NCBI GenBank assembly: GCA_030611725.1
Contig: JAUWPG010000001.1
Span: 12,323-76,322 of the forward strand
DNA from: Gammaproteobacteria bacterium
GTDB taxonomy: Bacteria; Pseudomonadota; Gammaproteobacteria; PS1; Pseudothioglobaceae
Length of the DNA stretch: 64,000 nucleotides
Reading direction: 5' to 3'
This document shows positions 21,549-31,654 of this stretch, in pieces. Each line of letters begins with the position of its first letter. Positions within the stretch are counted from its first letter, which is position 1. The notes beneath the pieces were generated by a model. The model had not been told where the DNA came from. It saw only the letters and a list, made by a program, of their open reading frames with translations, and searched no databases. A program made the translations under genes and the position numbers.

Positions 21549-22183
21549 ACGTATTCTTCAATAAATTCTCTAAATTTCTTGTGCGACATAATTTGTGTGC
21601 CGTCACAGTTGAACGACATCGAAATCGTTGAGTTAAATAAATTAATCACTGCTGAACGTAAATAATAACCCTCTAAATTACGCAAAGCAGGAATATGTTC
21701 AACGATGTATCTAAGTTCACCTTCATCAGTTAACTGCTTCATCACTTTGTTACGTTCATGAAATGAATCTTGCCACTCTTCAGACAAATACTCGAATGCA
21801 TGATCATGCTCAAGCATTTGATAATAACGCTTAATCAATGCTTCTTTTTCATCTAGAGCAATCATACCAAAATGATTAAAAACATAATCAGGCACTAGCA
21901 AATCTTCAGCCAAGTGTACCTCTACATTAAATGGATCAAATACTGATGAGGTTTTAATCTCACCATTATTCAGCCCAATCACAACTCGATAAATACCCGT
22001 AGACAATAATAAAAATAAGATAACTTCTAACAATTCATCAATATTTTCATCTACTAAATTTAATGTACGCTCACGGTTGTAAACGCTGTCACGAAAACTG
22101 CTGTCACCCTTAACGCTACGCATTAAGTTTTCATCAAAGCCATAACCAACTAAAGCATTTTTTTTATTCTTCCCAATGTTCAT
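21545..22183 (-). CDS. Hypothetical protein (orphan between truB and purD)
   Basis: 212 aa. ATGA overlap with the purD start. No family recognised. Confidence 0.55.
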   Translation of the reverse strand: MNIGKNKKNALVGYGFDENLMRSVKGDSSFRDSVYNRERTLNLVDENIDELLEVILFLLLSTGIYRVVIGLNNGEIKTSSVFDPFNVEVHLAEDLLVPDYVFNHFGMIALDEKEALIKRYYQMLEHDHAFEYLSEEWQDSFHERNKVMKQLTDEGELRYIVEHIPALRNLEGYYLRSAVINLFNSTISMSFNCDGTQIMSHKKFREFIEEYV

Positions 22184-22198
22184 GCGCTAGATTATAGA

Positions 22199-23110
22199 TT
22201 AAACAAATAAACGTTTGGGCTGAATGGTGCCATCTTCCAATAATTCACCAATGCCTAAAAAAACCTGGTTCGAATCAAACAGCTTTACCTTATATGTCAA
22301 GCCTTGCTTATCATGTTGTATGGCTCGACCATGTCTAATATCAATGGTTTGCGTCTCATCAAGGGTGACATCTTGAATATTAGGTAACATTTGTTCACTG
22401 GGGAAAACTTGCTTATCTAGTATTTGATAGTCACCCGTTGCCAAAGGCTCTAGATCTGAAAATTTAATGGTTTGTGAGATATCAATATGTGCGAATCCAG
22501 TACGTCGAAGCTCAACTACATGTGCACCACAACCAAGCTTTTCGCCAATATCGTGTATTAATGAACGAATATAAGTGCCTTTTGAGCATGACACATCCAG
22601 TGTTAAAAAACCATTTTCATAGCTTATAAAATTAATTTCATGAATGCTAACAGGGCGTGCTGGGCGTTCAATCTCAATGCCTTGTCTGGCGAGTTTATAC
22701 AAAGGTTTTCCATTTTTTTTTAGCGCCGAATACATGGGTGGCACTTGCAAAATATCGCCCTTAAAACTCATGGCTGCTTCAATAATCTCAACCTCACTCA
22801 AATGCTCAAATGTCTGTGTTTTTGTGATTTCACCTTCGCAATCGAGTGTATCGCTAATCTCACCAAGTTTGCCCCGCACAAAATAACGCTTATCGTCATC
22901 TAGCAAAAAACCTGCTACCTTAGTCGCTTGACCTAAACAAATTGGCAAGATGCCACTGGCCAACGGATCTAGCGCGCCAGTATGGCCTGCCTTCTTAGCG
23001 AAAAATAATCGTTTTACTTTTTGTAGAGCGGCATTTGAGCTTAGGCCAGTGTCCTTATCAAGCAAGACAATGCCATTAATCTCTCTGCCTTTAGGGTTAC
23101 GCCGTGACAT
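22199..23110 (-). CDS. truB: tRNA pseudouridine55 synthase
   Basis: 303 aa. GHTGALDPLASGILPICLG. Confidence 0.92.
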   Translation of the reverse strand: MSRRNPKGREINGIVLLDKDTGLSSNAALQKVKRLFFAKKAGHTGALDPLASGILPICLGQATKVAGFLLDDDKRYFVRGKLGEISDTLDCEGEITKTQTFEHLSEVEIIEAAMSFKGDILQVPPMYSALKKNGKPLYKLARQGIEIERPARPVSIHEINFISYENGFLTLDVSCSKGTYIRSLIHDIGEKLGCGAHVVELRRTGFAHIDISQTIKFSDLEPLATGDYQILDKQVFPSEQMLPNIQDVTLDETQTIDIRHGRAIQHDKQGLTYKVKLFDSNQVFLGIGELLEDGTIQPKRLFV

Positions 23111-23119
23111 GGCTGGTAT

Positions 23120-23458
23120 TTATAGTTTAGACAATAAATCTTCAATTCTGGCACCGGCATTTGGTGCGGGATCAAAGATGAATCTCAGTGCTGGTGTATG
23201 ACGCAAATCTAGCGTTTCCGATAGGCGAGAACGAAAAAAACCACCGGCTTTATTTAATAAAATCTCAACAGCCGCTTGTTCGGATTCTGTCACTGTATAA
23301 AACACCTTGGCGCTACTCAAATCTCGGGTGGCCAATACATCGGTTATATTAACAACTTGCAACCTGGGGTCTTTAGTTTCTTTCTTTAACAACAACACCA
23401 ATTCTCGACGAATCAGCTCGTTAATTCTTTCAACTCTATAGGAGGGCTGTTCTTGCAT
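23120..23458 (-). CDS. rbfA: Ribosome-binding factor A
   Basis: 112 aa. RVERINELIRRELV, and operon position. Confidence 0.9.
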   Translation of the reverse strand: MQEQPSYRVERINELIRRELVLLLKKETKDPRLQVVNITDVLATRDLSSAKVFYTVTESEQAAVEILLNKAGGFFRSRLSETLDLRHTPALRFIFDPAPNAGARIEDLLSKL

Positions 23459-23464
23459 TTGTCC

Positions 23465-25879
23465 TTAAAGTGTACGTTCGGTTTCAATGCGCTCAAACAC
23501 CTCGATCTGATCGCCCGGTTGAACGTCGTTATAACCTGCAACACCAATGCCACATTCAGTACCAGACTTAACTTCTTTAACGTCATCCTTGAAACGTCTT
23601 AGAGACTCTAACTCGCCTTCATAAATAACCACGCTATCACGTAATACTCTGATTGGACTGTCTTTTCTAACCACGCCTTCTTCAACCATACAACCAGCAA
23701 TATCACCCAGCTTCTGTGATCTAAATATATCCTTTACATTAGCGATACCGATAATGTTCTCACTCAGCTCAGGGCCGAGTAAACCGCTCATGATAGCTTT
23801 CACATCGTCAATCAAGTTGTAGATGATTGAATAGTATTCAATGCGCACACCCTCGTTATCGGCTGTCTTGCGTGCAACCGCATCAGCACGTACATTAAAT
23901 CCAAGTACCAATGCATCAGAGGTCGCTGCTAAATTAATGTCAGTATTATTAATACCACCCACGCCACTTGAGACAACTTTAACACGCACCTCATCGGTGG
24001 ATAACTCCTCTAAAGCTTCAACCAATGCCTGCGCTGACCCTCGTACATCGGACTTTAACAATACGTTAACCGTAGAAACATCGCCTTCTTCCATTTTTTG
24101 TAAGAAGTTCTCCATCTTTGATGCTTGTTGTTTTTGTAATTCGGCTTCACGATCACGTGTTTTTCTAAAGTTAGCCACTTCACGTGCTTTACGCTCGCTC
24201 TCTACCACCAAAACTTCATCGCCTGCATCTGGTACGCCTGAAAGACCTAACACCTCTACTGGTGTCGATGGGCCAGCTTCTTTTAATACCTTGCCTTGAT
24301 CGTTAACAATTTGTTTAACCTTGCCGTATTCTAAACCAGCAATCATAATATCGCCTTTCTTCAAAGTGCCTGATTGCACTAAAATGCTGGTGACCTTGCC
24401 ACGTCCCTTTTCAAGACGTGCTTCTAATACCGTGCCGTGTGCTGGACTTTCTGCTACTGCTGAAAATTCTAACACTTCGGCGGTTAATGTAATGGCCGCC
24501 AATAAGGCATCAACACCTTCACCTGTGTGTGCAGATACTGGCACCATCATTACCTCACCACCCCAATCTTCAGAGATGACATCATGCGTTGAAAGTACTT
24601 GCTTAATTTTGTCAATGTCAGCACCCTCTTTGTCAATCTTATTAATAGCAACAATTATCGGCACATCTGCCGTTTGTGCATGCTTAATTGACTCAACAGT
24701 TTGTGGCATCACACCATCATCAGCAGCCACAACCAAAATAACAATATCGGTTGTGCTGGCACCACGGGAACGCATTTTAGAAAATGCCGCGTGTCCCGGT
24801 GTGTCAATAAAAGTAATTGCACCGCCTTCTGTCTCAACCTGATAAGCACCAATGTGCTGCGTAATACCACCCGCCTCTCCATCAGCGACTTTAGCCTTAC
24901 GAATATAATCTAATAATGATGTCTTGCCGTGGTCAACATGCCCCATAATAGTTACCACTGGGGATCTAGGGCTTTCGTCACCCGTAGGCTTTGACTTTTC
25001 AATCAATGTATCTTCAATGGTTTCTTGCTTGCTTGCGACACCTTCGTGACCCATCTCTTCAACCACTAATAATGCGGTATCTTGATCGATTACATCGTTC
25101 AATGTCACCATCACACCCATGCCCATGAGTACTTTAAGTACTTCACCAACCTTGACTGTCATTTTTTGTGCAAGGTCTATCACCTTAATATTTTCTGGTA
25201 TAGCCACTTCGTGAACAATTTTTTCAACCGGCTTTTGGAAACCGTGTTGTGCTTGCTCTTCTTGAGTCTTTAGACTTAAACGCGTTCTGTCTTTTTTCTT
25301 CAGCTTGCGCTTCGACTTATGCGCAACATGCAGTTGTTGGCGTTTATTACCACCACCCGGCGTACTACGCAAACGCTTTGGTTTTTTGTCTTCAGCAGGT
25401 GCTGCTTTTTTAGTTGCTTGCTCATCTTCCTGCTGTTTAGTTGCCGACTCCTGTACTTTAAGCGCCTCATCTTGTTCTTTTTTCAAACGTGTCATTTCAT
25501 GACGCTTAGCATCTTGCGCTGATTGTTTTTCGTCCACAGCACGGCCCGCTTCTAACGCGGCTTGCGCTCTAAGGGCTGCTTCGTTGTTCTCAGGTTCGCT
25601 GGTTTGGGCGACTGCTTTTTTTACTCGTTTTTTCTTAACTTGAACCTTGATGCCACCCGAAGAACTACTACTTGACTTGCTACCAGGTTTTCTCGAAACT
25701 GACATGCTGGATTTATTACTTGAACGTTTAGACAAACTGCCCATCAAAATTTTTCGCTCTTCTGCTGAAATTATAGAGTCTGCCGTCTTTCCATCAATAC
25801 CGGCATTCACCAGAATTGAAATAACTTCATCTGGAGTCTTTTTCAGTAGTTTAGATAACGTTTGAACTGTATGTGCCAT
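23465..25879 (-). CDS. infB: Translation initiation factor IF-2
   Basis: 804 aa. [13 protein letters not shown]-domain, low-complexity Lys/Ala/Glu-rich N-terminal region. Confidence 0.97.
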   Translation of the reverse strand: MAHTVQTLSKLLKKTPDEVISILVNAGIDGKTADSIISAEERKILMGSLSKRSSNKSSMSVSRKPGSKSSSSSSGGIKVQVKKKRVKKAVAQTSEPENNEAALRAQAALEAGRAVDEKQSAQDAKRHEMTRLKKEQDEALKVQESATKQQEDEQATKKAAPAEDKKPKRLRSTPGGGNKRQQLHVAHKSKRKLKKKDRTRLSLKTQEEQAQHGFQKPVEKIVHEVAIPENIKVIDLAQKMTVKVGEVLKVLMGMGVMVTLNDVIDQDTALLVVEEMGHEGVASKQETIEDTLIEKSKPTGDESPRSPVVTIMGHVDHGKTSLLDYIRKAKVADGEAGGITQHIGAYQVETEGGAITFIDTPGHAAFSKMRSRGASTTDIVILVVAADDGVMPQTVESIKHAQTADVPIIVAINKIDKEGADIDKIKQVLSTHDVISEDWGGEVMMVPVSAHTGEGVDALLAAITLTAEVLEFSAVAESPAHGTVLEARLEKGRGKVTSILVQSGTLKKGDIMIAGLEYGKVKQIVNDQGKVLKEAGPSTPVEVLGLSGVPDAGDEVLVVESERKAREVANFRKTRDREAELQKQQASKMENFLQKMEEGDVSTVNVLLKSDVRGSAQALVEALEELSTDEVRVKVVSSGVGGINNTDINLAATSDALVLGFNVRADAVARKTADNEGVRIEYYSIIYNLIDDVKAIMSGLLGPELSENIIGIANVKDIFRSQKLGDIAGCMVEEGVVRKDSPIRVLRDSVVIYEGELESLRRFKDDVKEVKSGTECGIGVAGYNDVQPGDQIEVFERIETERTL

Positions 25880-25937
25880 AATGCTTGCCTATTTGTTTTT
25901 GTTTATTTTTAATTAAGTGTTTTTTATAATTACTTAA

Positions 25938-27413
25938 TTAATCAAACCATCCTTCATTTTCTCTTGCGGTCATGATAACAGCCGATGCTGCCTCAGTGCC
26001 CATATCATGAATATCTAATAATTCATCAATAGACAATTCTGCCAGGTCATCTACAGTGACAATATCAGATTCAATTAATGCTTGTGCTAAATTTTCGTCA
26101 ACACCTTTAACGCTCATCAACACTTCAGAAGATTCTGCATCACCCAATGCCTGCACTAACTGTGCATCTGAAGCTCGCTCTTGTAGTTCTTCAACTATTG
26201 AGGTATCAAACTCTTCGATGCCTGATAAACTCGCTACATCAGCATCTGCTACGTCATCAACACTGACAAAACCTTCATCGATTAATACGTCAGCTACTTC
26301 AGAATCAACACCCAATTGCTCGGCTAATTTAGCACTAATTTTTTGATTTTCTTCGGCTTGTTTATCCTCTGACTCGCTCACTGACATTACATTAAGCTTC
26401 CAGCCTGTTAAACGAGCAGCCAATTTAATATTTTGTCCACCACGGCCAATTGCCAATGCAAGCTGATCTTCTTCCACAGCAATGTCCATTGAATTTTTTT
26501 CCTCGTCCACCACGATTGAGCTCACTTCGGCAGGCGCCATTGCATTAATCACAAATTGTGCAGGATCTTCATCCCACAAAATCACATCAACGCGCTCACC
26601 ATTCAACTCGTTTGAAACAGCCTGTACGCGCGCACCACGCATACCAATACAAGAACCGATTGGATCTAGACGCTTGTCCTTGGACTTGACCGCTACTTTA
26701 GCGCGTAAACCAGGATCGCGACTAGCGCCCATAATCTCAATCACACCTTCAGAAATCTCAGGTACTTCCATTGAAAATAGTTCGATCATCATATCTGGTG
26801 CGGTACGACTTAAGAAAATTTGTGCGCCGCGTGGAGATGATTTTACTTCTTTAATATAGGCCCTTAAGCGATCATTTTTACGTACTGACTCATTAGGAAT
26901 TAAATCAAACTTAGAAATCATGCCGTCAACACCGCCCATATCAACATAGACGTTACCTCTATCAACACGCTTAACCGTTACCATAATCACTTCACCCACA
27001 CGCTTGGTATAGTCTTCAACGATCACTTCTCTTTCAGCTTCGCGAACTTTTTGAATAATCACTTGCTTTACAATTTGCGCTGCGATACGACCAAACTCTT
27101 CGGTCTCCATTGGCTCACGAACAAAATCATCTACGGCTACGCCATTTGCATCCTTGGCATGAATATGTAATTCGCTATCAAATTCTGTGCCATCGTCATC
27201 CACAAAGTTTTCGCCATCGTCGATAACCATCCACTGCCTAAAGGTATTAAACTCACCAGTTTTTCTGTCGATATCAACATGAGCATCAATATTGTTGCGC
27301 TTCTTGGTTGCAACTGCTAACGCCTCTTCTAAAGACTCAAGCACATCCTCTTGCGAGATGTTTTTTTCATTAGAAATTGCCTCAACCATTAAAAATAATT
27401 CTTTACCTTCCAC
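25938..27413 (-). CDS. nusA: Transcription termination/antitermination factor NusA
   Basis: 491 aa. S1/KH blocks and C-terminal acidic repeats. GTG start with a GGAG SD. Confidence 0.95.
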   Translation of the reverse strand: MEGKELFLMVEAISNEKNISQEDVLESLEEALAVATKKRNNIDAHVDIDRKTGEFNTFRQWMVIDDGENFVDDDGTEFDSELHIHAKDANGVAVDDFVREPMETEEFGRIAAQIVKQVIIQKVREAEREVIVEDYTKRVGEVIMVTVKRVDRGNVYVDMGGVDGMISKFDLIPNESVRKNDRLRAYIKEVKSSPRGAQIFLSRTAPDMMIELFSMEVPEISEGVIEIMGASRDPGLRAKVAVKSKDKRLDPIGSCIGMRGARVQAVSNELNGERVDVILWDEDPAQFVINAMAPAEVSSIVVDEEKNSMDIAVEEDQLALAIGRGGQNIKLAARLTGWKLNVMSVSESEDKQAEENQKISAKLAEQLGVDSEVADVLIDEGFVSVDDVADADVASLSGIEEFDTSIVEELQERASDAQLVQALGDAESSEVLMSVKGVDENLAQALIESDIVTVDDLAELSIDELLDIHDMGTEAASAVIMTARENEGWFD

Positions 27414-27422
27414 GCCTTTCTC

Positions 27423-27884
27423 CTAAAAATGAGCAACTAAATTTGCTTTCTCTATCAGTTCAATGTCTAGCGTTACTGAACCTAACTCTGTTACTAGCTC
27501 AACACTATTGTCGAGCTCACTAACACTACCAATCACGCCGTTAAATTTTCTTTGTCCATTGATTGGCCTAACCAATCTTAATTTAATATCATAGCCTAAA
27601 AAACGCTGATAATGCCCAATATGAAACAATGGACGTTCAACACCTGGCGATGAAACTTCTAAATTGTACTGTGTCGCAATTGGATCTTCCACATCAAATA
27701 TCGCACTCACTTGGCGAGATACTGCCTCACAATCATCAAGGCCAATGCCATTTTCAGAATCAATATAAACTCTTAAAATGCTGTGCTTGCCACTGGCAGT
27801 GTGCTCAATACCCACCAGTTCATAGCCCATATCCGTAATCACCGGATCAATTAACGCTTCAATTTTGTCAGAAATTTTTGCCAT
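27423..27884 (-). CDS. rimP: Ribosome maturation factor RimP
   Basis: 153 aa. LEVSSPG motif; position upstream of nusA. Confidence 0.9.
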   Translation of the reverse strand: MAKISDKIEALIDPVITDMGYELVGIEHTASGKHSILRVYIDSENGIGLDDCEAVSRQVSAIFDVEDPIATQYNLEVSSPGVERPLFHIGHYQRFLGYDIKLRLVRPINGQRKFNGVIGSVSELDNSVELVTELGSVTLDIELIEKANLVAHF

Positions 27885-27907
27885 TCTTTTTCGTCAAATA
27901 AAACATA

Positions 27908-27930
27908 ATAAAAACCCCCTAAAAAGGGGG
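27908..27930 (-). terminator. Hairpin plus T-tract between metY and rimP (attenuator-type terminator)
   Basis: Minus strand reads ccccc-ttttta-ggggg followed by tttttatt. It occupies the position of the known terminator downstream of metY in the E. coli metY-nusA operon. Confidence 0.5.
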
Positions 27931-27941
27931 TCGTAATCTTT

Positions 27942-28018
<77 letters not shown>

Positions 28019-28030
28019 CTAAAGCCGGCA

Positions 28031-28059
28031 ATGATACGCTCTTATCGATCAACTGTCTA
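28031..28059 (-). promoter_or_regulatory. Putative promoter of metY
   Basis: Minus strand has TAGACA, a 17-nt spacer, then TATCAT, followed by a GC-rich discriminator (tgccggc) 12 nt before the tRNA 5' end. Confidence 0.4.
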
Positions 28060-28152
28060 CTGTCTAGTAAAAAATATTAAGTATATATAAAGACTTTAAG
28101 TATAGCCTGTCTTATAATCAACCTGTACGCCAATTAATTTATAATAGTCTGC

Positions 28153-29106
28153 ATGAGTTCAACGAAGATAGCCATACTAATGGATGATATTTCCAATATC
28201 AATCCAAAAAAAGATTCCTCTCTAGCGATGATGTTAGAAGCCAAACGCCGTGGCTGGGAAATTTATACTTTTGACACCACTGATTTATTTGTAGAAGATG
28301 GTAAAGTTTTTGCCCGCGCATCTAAAACCACTGTAGTTGATGATTTAGACAATTGGTTTGAAAAACAACCCAGTCGTGTCGTTGAACTTACAGGGTTTGA
28401 TGTGATTTTAATGCGTAAAGATCCGCCATTTAACATGGATTATATTTACACCACTTACTTACTCGAACAAGCTGAGCGCGCCGGTGTACTGGTAGTCAAT
28501 AAGCCGCAGTCCCTACGCGATGCGAATGAAAAACTATTTGCACTCCACTTTGAGCATTGCATGCCGTCAACACTTGTCAGTACAAACCCTGTGCAAATTA
28601 AATCATTTATTAAAACACAAAAAACTGTTGTGGTTAAACCACTAGATGGCATGGGCGGTACCGATATATTTAAGCTTGTTGATGGTGATGCCAACATCGA
28701 TGAAGTGCTTGACTACTTAACCCATCAAGGAACACGTCAAATCCTGACTCAAGAATTCTTAGTGGATATTGTTAAAGGAGATAAGCGCATTCTCTTAATT
28801 AATGGAAGGCCTATTGATTACGCTTTGGCTCGACTACCGGCCAAAGGCAGTTTTAAGGGGAATTTAGCCGCAGGCGCAACTGGCATTGGTCAGCCTTTAA
28901 GCGATAGAGATTACTATTTATGCGAACAAATTGGCCCTACATTAAAAGACAAAGGATTAATGTTTGTCGGGCTTGATGTGATTGGTGATTACATTACTGA
29001 GATTAACGTCACTAGCCCCACCTGTATTCGTGAACTCGATACGCAGTTTGATTTAAATATTGCTGGTGTTTTGTTTGATGCTATTGAGCAGCAAATAAAT
29101 ACCTAG
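28153..29106 (+). CDS. gshB: Glutathione synthetase
   Basis: 317 aa. ATP-grasp; VVKPLDGMGG, GLDVIG..ITEINVTSP. Confidence 0.9.
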   Translation: MSSTKIAILMDDISNINPKKDSSLAMMLEAKRRGWEIYTFDTTDLFVEDGKVFARASKTTVVDDLDNWFEKQPSRVVELTGFDVILMRKDPPFNMDYIYTTYLLEQAERAGVLVVNKPQSLRDANEKLFALHFEHCMPSTLVSTNPVQIKSFIKTQKTVVVKPLDGMGGTDIFKLVDGDANIDEVLDYLTHQGTRQILTQEFLVDIVKGDKRILLINGRPIDYALARLPAKGSFKGNLAAGATGIGQPLSDRDYYLCEQIGPTLKDKGLMFVGLDVIGDYITEINVTSPTCIRELDTQFDLNIAGVLFDAIEQQINT

Positions 29107-29476
29107 TAAGCACCACGCCAATGCCTGCTGCTGATAACGACAACAGCACATTCAATAAAATATTGATGCTGGCTTGTCCGTAATGCCCTAAGCTAATCAT
29201 CTCTACAGACTCCCAAGATAAAGTCGACATGGTGGTTAAAGAGCCAGTAAGTCCAATCAATAACAACAATCGATAAGCCTCGTGCAGGGCGGCTTTTTCC
29301 AAAATAATTACCACCAAGATGCCTGCTAAAAACGAGCCGACAATATTGGCGCTTAAGGTGCCGTAAGGAAACGCTGGACCAAAACTTGCATTCATAAATT
29401 GTGTTAAATAATAACGCACACTTGCACCAATCGTTGCACCAACACCAATCGCTAAAACCGTGGGTAAAAAAGTCAT
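29081..29476 (-). CDS. crcB: Fluoride ion channel CrcB/FluC
   Basis: 131 aa with 4 TM segments. GATIGASVRY, TGSLTTMST. Confidence 0.85.
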   Translation of the reverse strand: MTFLPTVLAIGVGATIGASVRYYLTQFMNASFGPAFPYGTLSANIVGSFLAGILVVIILEKAALHEAYRLLLLIGLTGSLTTMSTLSWESVEMISLGHYGQASINILLNVLLSLSAAGIGVVLTRYLFAAQ

Positions 29477-30708
29477 TTATTAACGCCCCTTAATTGTTTC
29501 AATTTTTCATTGATTTTAATCTCTAAACCACGATCTGTTGGTGCATAATAAGTTTGTTCGCCTAACTCATCTGGAAAATAAGTTTGCCCCTTAGCAATTC
29601 CATCTGGCTCATCATGCGCATAGCGATATCCCTTTGTGCTGTCTATTTCAACTGTGGCGTTGCACAAATGTTTTGGTACAGCTAAATCTGGCATTGCTCT
29701 GGCTTCACTCATCGCCTGATTAAAAGCTTTATAAAGGGCGTTGGATTTAGGTGCGACGGCACAATAAACGGCCGCTTGAGCAATCGCACGATTGCCCTCT
29801 TTATCGCCCACACGCTCAAATACTTGCCAGGCGTTTAAAGTAATTTCCAGCGCTCTTGGGTCAGCATTACCAATGTCTTCTGAGGCAATGGCCAATAGCC
29901 GTCTAGCAATAGTTTTAGGGTCACAACCACCGACTAACATTCTGGCCATCCAGTAAAGCGCTCCATCTGGTGAAGAACCACGAACTGATTTATGAAAAGC
30001 CGAGAGTTGCTGATAAAAAATATCGCCACCTTTGTCAAAGACACTTAATTTTTCTTGCAACAATTGTCCAACCGAATCCATATCAAGCCTATCTAACCTT
30101 GCCAAAGAAATTTGTTCAACAATATTGATCAAACGACGCGCATCGCCACTGCTGGCATTGATAACGCTCAATTGGGTTGCTTCATCCATCAATCCTATGT
30201 TTTCATGCAACAAGGCACGCTGCAAAATCTGTGCTAACTCTTTTGCGCTTAACGGTTCAAACATATATACACTCAAACGTGATAGTAATGCATGATTCAG
30301 CTCGAACGATGGGTTTTCGGTAGTGGCGCCAATCAGTGTGATTAACCCTGATTCGATGTGCGGTAAAAATCCATCTTGCTGTGCTTTATTAAACCGATGT
30401 ATTTCATCAACAAACAAAATGGTCTTTTGTCCAATATTTTGAAACTTCTTAGCATTTTCAACCACTGCCCGCAGTTCTTTTACCCCGTCTAATACTGCGC
30501 TCATTTGTACAAAATGCCCTTCAACTTGGGTGGCAATAATACGTGCCAAAGTGGTCTTTCCTGTGCCTGATGGGCCCCATAAGATTATTGAGTGTAATTG
30601 CTGATGATCAATCGCCTGCTTAAGCGGATGGTTATCGCTTAATAGGTGCGACTGACCAAAAAAATCACTTAATACTTGCGGTCTTAGGTTTTCAGCCAAA
30701 GGTTTCAT
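29473..30708 (-). CDS. rarA: Replication-associated recombination protein A (AAA+ ATPase)
   Basis: 411 aa. LWGPSGTGKTTLARIIA, FVDEIHRFNK, MgsA C-terminal blocks. Confidence 0.9.
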   Translation of the reverse strand: MKPLAENLRPQVLSDFFGQSHLLSDNHPLKQAIDHQQLHSIILWGPSGTGKTTLARIIATQVEGHFVQMSAVLDGVKELRAVVENAKKFQNIGQKTILFVDEIHRFNKAQQDGFLPHIESGLITLIGATTENPSFELNHALLSRLSVYMFEPLSAKELAQILQRALLHENIGLMDEATQLSVINASSGDARRLINIVEQISLARLDRLDMDSVGQLLQEKLSVFDKGGDIFYQQLSAFHKSVRGSSPDGALYWMARMLVGGCDPKTIARRLLAIASEDIGNADPRALEITLNAWQVFERVGDKEGNRAIAQAAVYCAVAPKSNALYKAFNQAMSEARAMPDLAVPKHLCNATVEIDSTKGYRYAHDEPDGIAKGQTYFPDELGEQTYYAPTDRGLEIKINEKLKQLRGVNK

Positions 30709-31640
30709 AGATTAATTTTTACCACTTTAAAGTCGGCTTGTTGATTTAATATCAAGATCGCCGATAAATCTAATCGTTTTGCCAAAGCAATTGCTTTTTG
30801 ACTACCCATGGCCATCATTGCCGTGGCATAAGCATCGGCCATCATTGTTTGAGCATGTAAAACACTGACAGATGCCAAATCATTCTTTGCAGGCAGACCG
30901 CTTTTAGGATCAATAATATGCATATAACGCTCACCTTTCCAAACAAAATAATTACGATAATTACCTGAAGTGGCGATTGCTTGATTTTTTAACACAATGG
31001 CAATTGATTCTGCACCATTTGGACGCTCAATGCCTAACGTCCAATCTTTGCCATGATTATTACCACTGGTCAATACTTCACCGCCAATTTCTATGAGGTA
31101 GTTTTGAGTATGAAGCAATTTGGCAATCTCATCTACACCAAAGCCTTTGGCAATTGCTGACAAATTAATATTAATATCTTTAGTTTTTTTAACCTTGCCG
31201 TCCTTCAGCGTTACAGACAGAATAGAGGACTTCTCAAGCGCTGAAAGCACTTGCGCTCGACTCGGTTTATGCTCAACTTTGACGGCGCCAAAGCCCCACA
31301 TATCAATCAAATTTCCAATTCCTGGGTCAAAATAACCTTGTGTCTGCTGATAAAGCTCTTGTGATTGAGTTAAGACAAAAAACAAATCAGCCGATACATT
31401 GATCCACTGGTTAATAGGCCCTCGGTTAAGTGAAGACAATTCTGAATTTACATCCCAGGTTGAGAATATCTGGTTAACCCTATCAAACACCAGTTCAATC
31501 TGTTGCTTTGAAATGTCACCCCCAATCGACTTAACCATATAGGTAGTGCCCATTGTTGAACCCGTAATTGTTCGTGTTGGTTGGTCACCACCACAAGCAC
31601 TCAAAAGTAAAAAGATAAATATTAGTAAGGCTCTAAGCAT
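30705..31640 (-). CDS. apbE: FAD:protein FMN transferase (ApbE family lipoprotein)
   Basis: 311 aa. Lipobox LLSAC; MGT.Y, AIATSG.Y, DP..G. Confidence 0.85.
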   Translation of the reverse strand: MLRALLIFIFLLLSACGGDQPTRTITGSTMGTTYMVKSIGGDISKQQIELVFDRVNQIFSTWDVNSELSSLNRGPINQWINVSADLFFVLTQSQELYQQTQGYFDPGIGNLIDMWGFGAVKVEHKPSRAQVLSALEKSSILSVTLKDGKVKKTKDININLSAIAKGFGVDEIAKLLHTQNYLIEIGGEVLTSGNNHGKDWTLGIERPNGAESIAIVLKNQAIATSGNYRNYFVWKGERYMHIIDPKSGLPAKNDLASVSVLHAQTMMADAYATAMMAMGSQKAIALAKRLDLSAILILNQQADFKVVKINL

Positions 31641-31654
31641 TATATAATTTTGAC

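Noticed and set aside
23841-25865. Several 60-173-aa plus-strand ORFs (for example 24321-24842)
   Set aside because: All are antisense to infB, low-complexity, and lack an SD or any recognisable motif.
26056-26859. 96-aa and 125-aa plus-strand ORFs
   Set aside because: They are antisense to nusA and Ser/Thr-rich mirror frames.
29470-29480. Fluoride riboswitch upstream of crcB
   Set aside because: The crcB start overlaps the rarA stop by 4 nt, so there is no leader region.
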